Below are positions 36,875 through 51,738 of a stretch of 64,000 bases of DNA, piece after piece. The notes under the pieces are model-generated. The model did not search any database. It had not been told where the DNA came from and saw only the letters and a list, made by a program, of their open reading frames with translations. Position 1 is the stretch's first letter. Every line of letters begins with the position of its first letter. The translations under genes were made by a program, and so were the position numbers. This stretch comes from Blasia pusilla (taxonomy: Eukaryota), in NCBI GenBank assembly GCA_050084515.1, contig CM114271.1, forward strand, positions 33,232,001 to 33,296,000. Direction: 5' to 3'.

Positions 36875-37742
36875 TGTAAAGAAGTATAAAGGATCAACGC
36901 GAAGCTTAACCAAGTCTAACGAAGCTCAACGAAGCTCTATATACGAAGTACCTCGTTCTTGAACGAAGCACGAAGCACGAAGCACGAAGAAGAAAGAAGA
37001 ACTTCGTTCTCCGGAAATTTAGCACAGCGAATGGAGATTCGAAACGACACATAGTTTACAGAATGAGACTAGGAAAGGGCGCGACCCTTTGTATCAAATT
37101 GGTAGTTAGGACAGTTTCAAAAGCATCATGGATTCATAGGGATCGTAGGAAAAGCTAAGAGAACCATAGATCTAGGTAGTTACAGATATTGAAAAGACAC
37201 ACCCTTCATCAAGAATGCTTCGGATCATAGAAACAATCCTACTCTCAAGAATATTTAAGCAACAGGACAGAAGCTATTATCATCATTCGCTCATGAAGTC
37301 CTTATGCTGTAGGAATGGTCCGAGCAAGAGAGATGTACCCTCTCGAGCTTGTAGATACTTTGAAGTCTTCCAATTCTTGATGGAGTAGTAAAGCATTCAT
37401 TCATTCATTCGATGTGCGATGCTTATGTCTGAAAATTCTTTTTGGGTCTCATTGAGTGAAGAGTGAATCAGTAACCTTTCTCATCAATGGAATAATCAAT
37501 ATAAAGTTGTATGAAATCTGTTTGAGAGTAACTCGCCTGACGGATTAAATTCCGAAAGTAGGAGAAGCCAGCTTTATTCTTGAGGTCTCTGTGAGGTTCC
37601 GAGATGATGAGAGAACAAATTGCCTGAGCATCCTTTAAAATCCACTCGAGAGAATTGAAGAAGAAAACATAGGTACTAAGAAGGATCGGAAGCTGATACT
37701 GGAATACTATAATTGAATTACATAATCAATTACACTTTTACA
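36875..37742 (+). mobile_element. Possible LTR fragment nested in the CACTA
   Basis: TGTAAAG...CTTTTACA termini, purine-rich sequence upstream, internal cgaagca repeats; no TSD. Confidence 0.4.
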
Positions 37743-39681
37743 ACATAATCATCACCTTATACTCTCTTTTCATCCAACAATGATCCTCTTGGGGATCGAA
37801 CTCTACAATTGACTGTAAATAAGAAACACTTAGACATTACAATGCCTCAAGACCTGAAAACATGTTGTTTTCCACATTGACAAGATCAGATTGCTAAAAC
37901 CTGAAACAAGCATCCATCAAGGAGAATCTAAAACTCTAACCAATTTTTGTAAGAAAGCATGTAGAAGAAAACTTATCCTTAAGGTTGGATTTCACCTCTC
38001 CATCCCGCTTCATCGTGGGGCTCCTAATCTTCTCCTTTCCTACTGGAAAGTATTGAAGAGCATTAGAAGAAAATGAAAAAACATCCATGGATAACTTCAA
38101 ATTGCAGCAAGATCAATATTCTCATTCATGAGTAGGCTTTCCACTCCCACTTTGGCTTTAAAGATACTGTAAGAAAACAAACACTAAGGTAAGAGTTTAG
38201 GATACCTTTTCGACCCAATGTGGCCTCTTCATCACTTGACCAGTCACTCAAAGGATCTTTGAATGTAGGCGTAGTGTCTGTCTTTCCTGCATGTCCAATG
38301 AGTTGAATGTGAAGTCACATAAGATGAAAAAGTTTAGGGTTATTAGGTATGAAAAAAGGAAAGTTAGAAAATAAATTCAAACACGAGTATCCACACTACA
38401 TACCTTTAGGAGACACATGAATCGAAGGAGTTGTCATAATGCGCACTCCCACACAAGTATGAATCCAGAGATATTAGTTTCTCTCAATGAACTAGAGCAC
38501 ATTCTTGCTGTAAATATGAAGGTGCCCTTAATTTTGAGCTACATTCCAAAAGCCCTATGACTAGGAAAGTTTAGGAAATACCTTGTCGAATAGAGCTTGC
38601 CTCTCCACCTAACTTGATGGAGGGAGCACATATCTTCTGATTCCCTGTAACAACAGATGAAGTCCACCTTAAGTAACTAACCTAATTCAGTAATCTGAAA
38701 TCTCAATAACTAACGTGAAATCTGAGAATTGGAGATATCTAATTACTTGAATTTCCTAACATTATACCTGGGCTCTTATGTGTAGCCTCTCCATCACTTG
38801 AGATGCCACTTAGTGGATCTATATTTTATAACGGCACTTGTCTCCTTCTTGTCATACCCACACCCAGGAATTCATACACAGTTTATAAATCAACTACATT
38901 GCTGAATTGAAGGCAAGCACAAGAGCATGGAAATAACATCAAAAAATTACCTTATGGTTGGAAGGATTGCACATATAGTTGTGTATTGGAGTACATAACA
39001 CAACACCAAATACTCAAATGAGGATTTGCATAAGAGAACAATGATTCCTTACAAATGGACATACCTTTCTTGCACTTTAGACTCCGTCATGGGTGGTGTT
39101 AAGTGGGCATTGGAAGCCTTTGCCCCTACTGTCCTCTGTGCAAGATCTGCTACTATTTGGACCAGATTTGCAATCTTTCCACTTGATTCTGTTGTGGTGG
39201 AACTTAACTCGTGCCTTAAAAACTTCACATCCTCTACCTATCGCTTCTCTTGCACCTCTAGTTGATTGGTAACTTGTGAGTCCACAATATTCTGCAAAAC
39301 ACAAAGACATAGTGAAGAGAGTATAATGATTTAGCCTATCAATGTACAAGCAGATTTAAGGAAATACTTCCAAGTAACATGAATGCTTCATGTCTCATGC
39401 TATACCACTCAAAACGTGTACTACTTTGCAACTCCCTCTCATTCCTAGTTTCTGTTGTTCCCCCCTCCTACAAGCCAACTCAACATTGTAAGAATCTAAG
39501 AAATGTACTTAATGTAAAAAAATAAAATTACATGTTTTATCTTTCTTTACTCCATTTGGTTGGAAGGAATGCACCCATAGTTGTGTATTAAAGTACATAA
39601 CAATACAATTATAGTGGAAGTAAGGAACATCATCTCAAAGTAGGAGTTGCAAAGAACACTTACAACTCCAATCTTCATAGC

Positions 39682-40221
39682 CTAAACACCTGACCGTCCA
39701 TTAGGATTCGGATTCTCCACCTTGCCCCTTGCCGATTTCATTACTTCAGCTTTCATCTTGGATGTGTCGGACAACCAGTAGTCTACTAGGCGTTCCCACT
39801 CTACAAGCTTATGATCGAGGTGACATTTCACTGCATCATGCCCCTCCTCGCTCTTGAAGTAAGTCTTCAGCATGTATCTCTTAGTCTTCAGTAAAGAAAT
39901 CATCTTCTTCCTTAAGCAATCCGGGTTTAACCTGGATGCACCAACATACTCCCAAGCCATGTCCATATGATTGCAGACGATGGCCATGCAAATACTATCT
40001 TGTTTATCTATGTCCACACATGAGATATCTAAGAAATGCATCGTCCATACCCTTACATGACTCAACCATGCCTCATAACCAGGGGCCGCATTATCGGCCC
40101 ATCCTGTCTCCAATAACTCACATCTAGGTCGAAGATGTGCCTTGTTCCGCTCAGAGGCCTCTTTGTTCCAAAGATCACGCTTTGTATGGCGATTGCTAGA
40201 TCCTCGCTTCTCTTCTTTCAC
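39682..40221 (-). pseudogene. CACTA TnpA/ORF2-like exon remnant
   Basis: 'EWERLVDYW......KAEVMKSAR' resembles plant CACTA ORF2; lies downstream of the transposase among exon-like GT/AG segments. Confidence 0.55.
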
Positions 40222-41775
40222 ATCAGAACAATCATCATATAATTAGAAAGGTGTTAGGACTTTATGCTACTAGTAGCCATGGAGAAGTTCAATTATAAAA
40301 AATCACTGTGGGAAGGAGAGGTTCAAGGGGAGATGGGAACCAACATCTACTTGACATCTTTAATGAAATTCAGAAATCTAGAACAAGATATCTAAATCCC
40401 CACCTCTAGAAGTGTGAATCCCGCCACTTGTAGATGAAGTGTTTTCTGGTGCAATGGGAGTCATACATGATTTACTTCTACTCGGTGGACCCCTAAACAT
40501 CTACACAAGAAGTAGCCATTGGAGATATCTGAAATCTACAATTCAATGGAAGATGTCTAAGATCATAACCATGAACATGTTATGGCAAAGATACTGAATT
40601 TAATACCTTACCGAAGGTCCTTCCAATTGTCTTGGAGGTGGAACCTGTTCATGCAGAGAAATATTAGAGGATAATAAATCAAAAATACATTGAGACATGG
40701 TGAAGTCACGTAAAATGATTAAAAATGAATAGAATTAAGTACTCACTGACTCAATTAGGGGGGTGTACGTGCATCCCGTCTTTAACCACATTTTATTGGC
40801 CTTGGGATCTTTGTCTCTATGCACTATCAGGATGGACTCCTTTCATACATTATGATCCCTATACATACTAAAGAGCTCATTTAATCAACAAACAAGGTAG
40901 GATCATAGAAAGAATACTCATGTCAAGTATCTCCTACTACAAATCAATATCTTTCAATTGAATAAAATGCATAATCCCACAGTCTAGTACTTACAGGATC
41001 AAGTGAATCCTCACAGGCCCCATTTTCTTCATCTGATGTATATCCCATTGGTTCCTTCTCAGATTTCATAAGTTAGAAAGTAGGAATATTTGGGGTCTTC
41101 TTGAGGCGTGCAGTTTGTCGGCGAAGGCTTACCACGCCTGGAGTAACATGAATCTTTGTTGCTAGTTGCCTCTTTTTTTGAATTGCTCCATTACTATCCA
41201 TGTTTCACAATAAGTTCAATAAACAAGAGCAGATTCATTCCATGCCATGAGTAATCATGTCTACATGTCATTTCACCAGCAATCAAAATGAAATTTACTT
41301 GCACTAACTTAAAGCCACTAAAGGATCCCCCAACCATATAAACTAGGCCAAGAAAACATACGTCAATTGGCAATGCTGAAAAAGAACTCTCTCCATCTCT
41401 TTCCTTCTCTGAATGTTACATTCAAAATTCTTCTCGTAGGCCGTGCTAGTATCCTCCACCTCACTATCAATAGAAGCATCTACATCATGGACCTCATGGT
41501 TGAAGTCTCTTGAGGCCTCAACTCCCTTTGTCTTCTCATGACTATACACACTAGATTTCTGGTTCTTGTCACATTGGACTCCTACTTCACCTTGTCTATT
41601 GGAATAATCACTGTTTGCAACAGCTGGCTCCATATCCCTACACAAATATAGCTCTCAAGTTGTGTGAAGGAAAAACATGTTTATCAAATGGTTCAACCCC
41701 ACAAGAACTAAAAAAAAATACACACAAGAAACGAAACTATGGACTTCTATTTTATCTAATCAATGAGAGGTTGAT

Positions 41776-43560
41776 CTAATCGCTGAGATCTTGATTTGAT
41801 TCATCCCCATCGCTATCCGTGCTCTCTCGCATGCTCTGCAAAACTTCCACTACATGTACTTGGCTAAAATTTGATTGAGCTATGGCAACTTTAGTGTAAT
41901 TTAGTTCAATGGCACCGAGAGTATTGACATGGGGCGAATGTCTCTCCAAGAAAGGAGTCACCTCTAGGCCATGGTATTCACCACTCTCCTCCTTGTCCCA
42001 ATTCACATCTGTTGAATCTGCAAAGCTACAGCGAGACCTTGCTTCTTTCCTAAGTACTACTCTCCACCCACCTCCGTCACCCCCATCTCCATAAAAAAAT
42101 TGTTCTACTTGTGAAGGAAACACTTGTGGTGGTGAAGTGGCTCATTATCATTTAGGTTAGCAAGAAGAAAACCTTCCCGGTCTCATTTCATGGATGGGCG
42201 CCTGGAGTCCCAATCTGCTCTAACCCATCTACCTCTCATTAGAATGAGAGGCTGCCCGACCTATAATCTGGTAGTCAAAGGTAAGATATCAACTAAAACA
42301 CCCATATATGAATAAGCACTATGTGAGTTGGATCTCCCCCCCTCGTCATCCAAAAAAACGGCTCCTATACCACAATCATAAGTTGAGAAACTTAATCCTC
42401 CACTCCCTTCTTTCAAAAATCTATGAGTCTATGGGCTTGAGTTCTCTCTGTGAGGGTTCGTGTGTGGAAATCGTAAAGTCATTTCCGACCTCTCGGTCCG
42501 AAGGGCCATCCTATAATGGTTTACCGTAAGCTTTCATACTCTTGCAGGATAGCACTTTAGAAGTAGGAGGTATGGAGAGAGCAAATGCCTCTTCATCAAG
42601 CTTCTCAAGGTTCCCTTCTGCGGTTCCAAAATGGTTGGAAAAACCCAATCTTGGAAGGACATATTGTTAATTTCACTCTCTTCATAAATGCTGTAAAATT
42701 CAGCAGACAATGAATATTAGTTTAGAGTAACAAACTACCAACTTTGGCAATTGAACCTTCTCGATATGCCATATCTCATACTCCAATCAGCAAAAAAACA
42801 CAAGGACGGAGACAAGATATAGATACCCTACCTACATCACTTCTCCATGCATTGAGTGTGTTGTAGTTTATAGTTGTGTGCCAAGATTAAAAGGTCTCGC
42901 AAAAGTTTGATGGTTGTTGCTGCATCTTCCAGTTCCTCTTCAGCCACCCCAGCTTCCTCTCCATCGTCCCATACTCGAGTTTGGACATGTTCAAACCTCC
43001 TCATATATTCCGTGACAAAACCCAATGCTTTGTTGAGGAAATATCCCTCGGCCATACATCCTTCAGGGCGTGCCTTTGACCTCACATACTTTTTCATCAC
43101 TCCCATGTACCTCTCAAAAGGATACATCCATCGACATGCTATTGGGCCACAAATATCTAACTCCTCTACAACATGTAGGAGAAGATGAGTCATGACATCA
43201 AAGAATGCAGGTGGGAAGTGCATTTCCAACAAGCAAAGAGTGACCACAATGTCTTCATGCAGCTTCTCATAGCCAGAAGGATCCCACACCTTCATTGAAA
43301 TGTTCCTAAGGAGCCTGCTTAGTCTCATGATAGTGACCCTCACCTCTTCACTCATGAGCCCACGCAGGAAATATGGCAAAATCTCATGAATGAAGACATG
43401 GTAATCATGAGACTTCATGTTGCCCAACTTTTTCCTAACAACATGTTTCTTCAACTCACCGCACTAGCTAGAAGGTACTTTCAATGCCTCAACCCTTCCA
43501 AGAAATATTGTCAACTCCAAGGGAGATAGGACATACTTAGCCATAGGTTTAACAAGACCC
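41776..43560 (-). pseudogene. CACTA TnpD/Tnp2-like transposase fragment (DUF4218/DUF4216-like)
   Basis: MKSHDYHVF...FPPAFFDVMTHLLLH...GP...RWMYPFERYM..KKYVRSKARPEGCMAEGY; FPSQVEQFFY...WRVVL. Confidence 0.9.
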
Positions 43561-45788
43561 CTGATGTTTGCATAGTGAGGCCTGATTCCGTGCATTTCCA
43601 TCTCTCGTCTAACTTTAACTCGTCAAAATTTTTCTATTAGTAAAAACGAAGAAAAATAGGTAAAAACCCTAGTTTTCCCGAGTAGTCAAATAGTCGGGAG
43701 CCGTAGCGGTAGCGCATTCTCGTATGTCGAGTTATCTCCCAGTTTAGGTTCCATCGAAGCTCTTCTGTGAGCGCACGGACGGACTAGGCCACTTTGTATC
43801 TCTAAGTTTTGTAAAGATTTCAGTGATTTCGTCACTTTCTGTTTTCTCACAGAGGAAGATGGGATCAAAACTAATTAACCTCTATGGCCTTGTGTGACGA
43901 TGCGGATGAAACCTCTAGTCACTGCATAGTCTCCTGCACAAAACAAACAACACACAGAGTAAGGGCATATGATTCCCATTCTAAGGTGCTAACGACTAAT
44001 TAGTTCAGCACGGACTATCAATTTCTAAAATTTATTGCCCAAAGATTCTACAGTGGTGAGTAATATGAGCCAACCCTACATTTTTGGAAATGCAAGAGCA
44101 GATGATAAAGAATTTTTGGATAGCATAATCAAACCACTCAGCAAAATGTCACAGCAAAACAACATCGAGAAAGCCATTAAAATCATTGACCTCACTGCTT
44201 TTACGCTATATCCCAATCAGGTAGAACAAAATAACTTGTTTACAAAGTTGACAACACACAAACCGAGAGCTTATGATGATATTGCTAAGCTAGTAATACT
44301 TGAATTTTTCAACATATTCACTAGCCTAGATTCATTGTCCAAAGATGTTGCACTATTAAGTAATGTTTCTAGGGAATCCCAATCAATTGAAGTACATGGT
44401 CCTTATTACTTGAAGAGTACTCTCTCTCATATCCAACCAAGGTGCGAGGTCTATGGTTGCAACGCTACGACAGACACTCATTAATGAGTATAGTCTTTGG
44501 TAAGCTGGTAACACCAAAAATTTTCAACACATTCAGTAGCCTAGATTCATTGCCCAAAGTTGCTGCACTCGTAAGTAATGTTTATTGGGGATCCCAACCA
44601 AGACAAGTAGATGGGGTGGTGAAGAGCTTCTTGGTTGATACCTGATTGATACTTGATATATGGTTAGCTTAGCACTCACACTATATGAAAGTGTATCCCT
44701 CCTCTTATATGGTACTTTCTTCACTTCTACCTATCTCTACACCCATCCTAGTCTCAAGCACTGTCCAACCAAGGTGCGGGGTCTATGATTGCAAGGTTAT
44801 GACATGCATTACTAAATGAGTACAGTCTCGCTATTTAGACAAAAAAAGATTCAAGTGATTGTGCAAGCAACCAAGCTCCCTATATGGCTTGAACTGAGGA
44901 AGCAAAGTAGGGAAGAATTTTTGCATAATATAACCAAAGCAATAGCTAAACAAACAATAGCATGGAGGAAGCCATAATAGATAGAAGTGAATTTGTTTGT
45001 ACAAAATCTCTATGTCACAGAGCAAGGGTATATGTTCATATTGCAAAGCTACTAACACCATAAATTTTCTACACATATAGTAGCCTACATGAGTTTACAA
45101 AGTTGCTGCACTGGTATCCAAAAATCCAATTGCTCTCCAGTTGTTGCATTGCTATCAGTGCTACATCACTTTACAAAGTTGCTGCACTGGTATGCACTAT
45201 GTCAATATTTTTGCTTCTTTCTAGGATTTTTGTCTCTTGGTTTTAATATTCTGCACTGCACTAGCTCTACAGTAGTTGCATTGCCCTATAGTGCATCAAC
45301 TTTGTAAACTCATCATGCTTTGATAACAGTGCAACAATTGCAGCTCTGGAGTTCAGCTAATGGCACTAGAGTCAAGATTTTTGGGTGTACTCTCAAATCC
45401 AATGCAATGAGCTCTAATCAACTCCTGAGAGGTATCACATTGCACATCTATTTGGCAGCAAATATGCTCACACTCCATCGATCTAACTCCTAGACACAGA
45501 TTATCAGAGGGATGAAGAAAAAATGATTCAAAATCTTGGAGGTTGAGCTTCAGTGATACGAAAATTAAACATACATGCATTCGTTATGAGAATGTGCAAG
45601 AAGAAGTAGAAACTTCCTTTCCGTTTGCTTCAAACCTACAATCCATCCATACTCATTGTCCATAAGTTGGTTCAATGTGGGCTCACTAGCTTCTCCAAAA
45701 GGAAAAAAAAAAGAATATCACTCGATTCAGGCCATTGCAAGAATTCTGGCAAGATACGAGAATCAATCCATGGCACAAACACACTTAC

Positions 45789-45948
<160 letters not shown>

Positions 45949-47815
45949 ATGCAAGCAATGAAGCTCTCTACAAGGCCTAAACTATGGGAGCAAGAGCCGT
46001 TTTGACAATATTCAACCGCTTTGCTCTAATGTCCTCACTTGCACCTCAACCTAGTCACCTCTGCTTGAATTGAAAATTTCTCTTGTTGTTATCTTCTCCT
46101 TCCTTGTCATAAATTCTCTCTCTTTTCCCTCTCTTCTCGGCTCTCTCTTCTCTTTCTCAAATCATGGCAGCCTGTTGTAACCCGTAACTTAGCTTTGTCC
46201 GCATCTCTGCCCTAAGCTTTTGGCTCCTACTTTCCCTCGGCTTTCCGCCCTTGGATTTTGGCTGTCAGATTTTGCCCCGCTCAATCTTTGGCTCCCACTT
46301 TGGCTAGCTCCTTGCGCTCTCTCGCGCTTATCTTTCCTACCCTTTATCGCCAAGCTGGTTGGTTCCCCTTTGCGGGAAAAAGTTTGATTTCCTTCTAAGA
46401 TGATGTGGATGCCACATTTTTTATGACTCTGAGTTAGAAGTCATTTTTTAATCTTACTCTAGTGAGTCATCTGGATTTTGATTGTAAGTGAATATGACTT
46501 CAAACATGATTAAGTGTGCATATCATGACAAACTAACTCACAAGATAGTCATATTAAGGCATCTAGTCATTGGATGTTGAGTCATAAAAGTGGCCCTTTT
46601 CTTCTAGTGAGAGACCTGTTCTTTTCCTATAACTCCATGGCCGGTTGTAGATGGAAGGCGTCACGATTTTTTTGTGATAATGTTCAAAGCTACGAAAATG
46701 GTTGATGTTATTTTTAGGAGGTGGCCACTTACCCATAATAAGTTACATGAAATAGGCTTCTTTCTCACCCCTTACAATCTTCTTAAAAGTCTTCAAGTTG
46801 TCACTTCAAATGTTGATTGCAAGAGAGATTTCAAACAATATCTGAAACTTTATGCAAAGGGGATGCATGGCCTTAATGTTATCGAGGATAATTCTTATGT
46901 AGGAACTTGTTTGCGAGAGTTTAGCAATATAGCAATACGGGTCAGAGTATGAGTCGTACCACATCTGCCGCAACTAGAAGGTTTGTCCTTATTCAAAGGA
47001 AAACTCTCGACATGACACCGTGATGGTAATCATGAAGATAACTTCAACTTGCAAGATGAGGGCCTAGATGATGTGGATGTGCTATATGGAATTTATGGCA
47101 CCAAAGGAAGGTAGGATACTCATATCGGAAACACTCAAAACTTTGACTCCGAGAGGTCAGAAGAGACGAAGATGACGATGTAATGGAACATTGGATTAGA
47201 GAACAACTACGGAGGACTTCAAGAGAAACGAATCTACCCAACACTTTTGCTAACACAACCTACGACCCTCAGATTTTTGCACTAGTAAGAATTCAAAATA
47301 CTTCCATCGAGTCTAATAAACATATGCGGGATTCTCCTCCATAATCTTTAAACGTTGAAAGAGTGGACTTAGTTGATGAGCCTAATGATAACGATGTTTT
47401 CATACCTGTTTTTCCAAAATCTCGACTATCAATCATGGCATGGATAGCTCAAATATTTCCTCTGATGATGAAATAATTATAATAGGAAATCGTCGCCGAT
47501 CAACTCGACTTCGAACTCTTGAGCAGTCAAATTACCGCCTACATCTTAAAACAACAGACCCAACCATAGCCCTAGACTAGTACAGGAATTAGTGACTTTA
47601 GTGAAAAGGATTAGTACATAGTTGTAGCAAAATTATTTTGTAAAGACTATTCTAAGAATGTTATTTTAAAGAAATTCTTTCCTATTTGGAATACTTTCGC
47701 TAATAAAGCAATGCTTTTCATATTGACGGTCAAATTGGAAAGTGTGATTTTGTGGAAAGAATATATTATTGCACATTTAGTTTAAAAATATATTCCATGC
47801 AAAAAGATAAAAAAT

Positions 47816-48080
47816 GGACAAGATGAAAAATGAAAAGACCTCATTTTCATTGAAGGTTTAATGGGATGGGTTCACAAAAAAGAGTTAACACTTTTTGAGT
47901 TTTTGGTCACAACTTCATTTTTCTTGACACTTTGCAAGAGAGCTAAATGTACCTTGGGGATCATGTGTACCAAAGTTCAGCTCTAGATGAAATACTTGGA
48001 CAAGATGAAAATTTTAGCTCAAGATGAGATACTTGGACAAGATGAAAAATGAACAGACCCTATTTTTATTGAAAGTTTAA
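47816..48080. repeat. ~180-bp tandem repeat, left part (continues at 58179)
   Basis: caagatgaaaaatgaaaagacc...ttgaaggtttaa...cttggggatcatgtgtaccaaa units. Confidence 0.85.
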
Positions 48081-49536
48081 TGTGTGAGTTAGGATAGGGT
48101 ACTAGCGTCTAGATTCCTTAATAGCACAGGGTGGACGAGGCCCAATATGGCGTTGTAGATTGATTAGTTTTAGGCCGGGTGTGCCATTTTTACTCTTATT
48201 TTTACATGAGAAAGAAGCAAGGGGGCAGAGGGGAATTCTTTGTTTACAAGTAGACAAGCAAGTTGCCTTGACAGGGAGGCCTGGAGACGCTGGTTAGCGT
48301 GTATGTGGGTTTTCAGTTTTGTTCAAAGACCATGTGCGGAAGCGATGTCCGTTTTTCCATAGGTTTCGCTGACATAGATTACTGAGGGAGAAGAGCCAAG
48401 TGTGACCACATAAAATTATGAATGATTGACAAGAAAATTGCTTATTCATATCGTCTAGAGTTCCATGGTATAGAGAGGGAGCCGGCGCTAGGCGCATACA
48501 TATGTGTACCCAAAACGTGCAAGAGGGTTGAAGGAATGAGTTCAAAATAGAGCAAGGTCGATGCATTTGGAGGAGCGTGAAGACGAACTTGTACGGAGCC
48601 GTTCACATGCATATAAGGGCGGGGAGACCCTACATAGGGCCACATACCTTAAGCAGGGAAGAAAAAGAGCTGCACGCGTATAAGGTGTGCGTAGAGCGTG
48701 GTTTGAAGGAGAGGCCTGACCAAGTTCGAAGGCGGGAGCGCCTTGGAGGCAAAACGCGGGATATTGTGAGAGCGGGAACAACCAAGGAGGCTCCATAGGG
48801 AGCTGTGGTGTTTGCACATGTGGAAATGAGTACTAGAGCCATAGAGGGAGACTTGAATGTATAGGGCACGTGTAGTAAATCATTACTACGTGTCCGTAAG
48901 GTTACAAAGGTACATGGGTACACGTGCATCCATATGGGATGGCCAGTTCCCGTGTTGTAAGGGTCCTGCATTGGAAGGAGAAAACAAGAGTTGCATAGTG
49001 TAGTACGCCGCGTTCGAGAACATGGTTCGGGAGTTGTTTTGGAATTGTCGGAATATTACTGGTATCATTGATATTTTCTTGGACATTATTTTTACGTGTC
49101 GGTCGTAGCCGGGAGATTTGTAGCTTTCCAATTAATTTTCTTGTTGGTTAAAATCCGAAAATTCTTTTTCTATTTTTCTTATTTCCAGGGCTGAATTTTT
49201 TTCTCTGCTAATTTCCGACCGAACTTTGTGAAGCTGGCCAAAAACCGGTTTTTCCTAACTCGGTCGGAATTTTTTTGTTCACACACACCTTATATTCTCC
49301 ACATCCCTGCAATGCTCAAAAACTTGATTCCTGATATCAAATTCTTCCCCTGAAGTAGACATGCAAATCTTCTAATACAATAAAAAAATTTATCCTTGGC
49401 AGGAGTTGAACCTGACAGAACTCCCACCAGTTGGGAGCCAAGGATCCTACCCCTCTTGAATACTTGGAGCCATGAGGCTCCAAGTATTCAAGAAGGGTCC
49501 TACTTCCTAAAACCTAAATGATCAAAGTCTTCTAAT

Positions 49537-51738
49537 CTAGAGGGTTTCAATAACTTCAACTTCCTCATTCGGGGAGATGTATCTATCAGGATTTGCAAAC
49601 AAGTACCTAAAATGAGCAGAATTCTTCCACAATATCACAGACTCAGACAACATCTCTTCATAATCAGAGGAAGGTCCTTCTAAGGCAATCCTCAAGATCG
49701 CATTTAAATACTTTGTGGTCAACCTATTACGAGATTTAATCTTAATCATGTTTTGAATGGAAAAGGCTCTCTTACATATGGCAGTACTAACACATTGGAC
49801 TCTAGCTATATTTGCCAAAATCAAAAATTAGAAAACTTACATTGCAATGAGGGACTCCAACTTACCATCGCCCACAAGTCTCTGAAGTTGCGATCCTTCC
49901 ACTCAGTGGTAGCCATCAATTTGAAAGATTGAAACTCTTGCTTAACAATCGAAGAATTAATGATAGCCGGTAGCAACACACCCCGTAATGGCAATTGATT
50001 TCCAAAAAACCACACAAATCATCTAAATCTTTACACCCCCAACTATTCAATCCCACTTGCCGAGAAGGCATGTGCAAAGGATTGAGTATTCTCATAGATC
50101 CAATCAAGTTATTATCTCAAAATCACTCTTGTAAAGATGTACACACACTTTCAGCAAACCTTTTCTGAAAGAATAATGCAGCCACTAAGTCCCTTCCGGT
50201 CCGATCTCGAGACATAGCAATGCTAAGAAACTTGTTTCCCCTCATCTCGGATTGTAAACGACGAAGATAACCACCAGGTGGCCCAAAATCAGGAAGTATA
50301 TGGTAACATGTATCTTCAGAGAAGGTGGAGGCATTCAAGTCATGAGTTTCCATGACAAAATTCATGGTAATCCTAGCTATCTCTGAATTCACAATGCTCC
50401 CTATAGTACTAACATCCACAAACTTGTACTGAAATATCTTACTTAGATTTGCAAGCATGGAAAGTATGTAAGCCAAAAAGTATAGTTGATAGATCATTTG
50501 GAATGATCTCAACCTGTTAATTTCAGCATTCCCATTGTCCTTTGAAGGGGAAATATCTCTAAAGTATGTCAATACTGATTCTAGAGAATCAGACAAGATG
50601 GTCACAACTTGCCTATGGGATAACCATCTAATCTTGTGGTATCTCTTCATAACTCGTTGGGGGTCATTGAATTTTTCCTGCAACAATGCTAGAATTGTTT
50701 TCCTCTTTGACGACCTTCTAAAGTAACCAGCTACTGCATTGAGAATCGAATCAACTTCAGAGGATATTGACTTGCAATCAGGAGCTTTTGCAGCAAACAA
50801 AGCCGCCAAATTTGTTCTATGGGCTATACAATGAACTAAAAGAATATAGGGATTTACCTTCTCCTTCATTTGGGAGGCCACCCTTGTCTGGCTACCAACC
50901 ATTGTAGAAGCTCCATCTGAACCAAATGCTACCATTTTGGAGAATTCTAACCCTCCATCTTTGATTAGTTGCAACGAACCTTCAGTAATAGCATTGGAAC
51001 ATTTTAATTCGCAACGAAGTAGTCCTAGAAAACAACATTTTGCCTGGCCCTCTTCAATGAAGGTGGCAAACACAACCAAATGCCCTGTTACAGATATGTC
51101 AGTTGACTCATCGATCATAATTCCAAAGAAAGGAGAGGCTTGAACTCTCACAAGAGTTCTTCTAAACAGAACTTGGCTAATGAAGTAACACATCTCACAA
51201 CAACTCTTTTCATCTTGATATAAGTATCTGGTAATAGGGGCATTCATTGATAACATTAACTTACAAAGGCTGGGAAATTTCAAAAATGGCATAGCCTCCT
51301 TTACAAGGAAGTATGCGCACTTAAACAATGTCAACAGAGCGATTTCATAAGTGCGGTTGGTGGTGGCAATGGCCTTGGCCATTACCTTCTTACCCCCATG
51401 TGCAGCCCATGCAAGCTTCATGTGCTCATTAGACTTCGCATGATCAGTGAAGGCTGAAACCTTACAGTTTATTGATCCATCTCTAGCAAACACACTCTTC
51501 CCTTTCCCCTTCTTACAAACTTTACAAAATATTCTACCAAGGGTTGAATCCCACTCAATCCAATCATACCATACATCCTTCCATGCTACACAAACTTTCC
51601 AGGTACATCCGCACTGCTTCCTCACGGAGGCGGCTCATCTCTATCATCAGATGAGCCAAACAATGCGATAATGTCAAGCTCGTCATTGATTAGTTCCTTA
51701 CCTAGCAAGGAAATCATTGTCTTTTGTCTCTTGGCCAT
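49537..51738 (-). pseudogene. hAT transposase, ZNF862/DUF4371-like (few lesions)
   Basis: FCKVC...H zinc motif; FFGIMIDESTDIS; FGSDGASTMVG; VHCIAHRTNLA; IRWLS; dimerization domain STAICKRAFSIQNMIK..RNRL. Candidate terminus CAGGGCTGAATTTTTT at 49186; other end near 52880 unclear. Confidence 0.9.
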
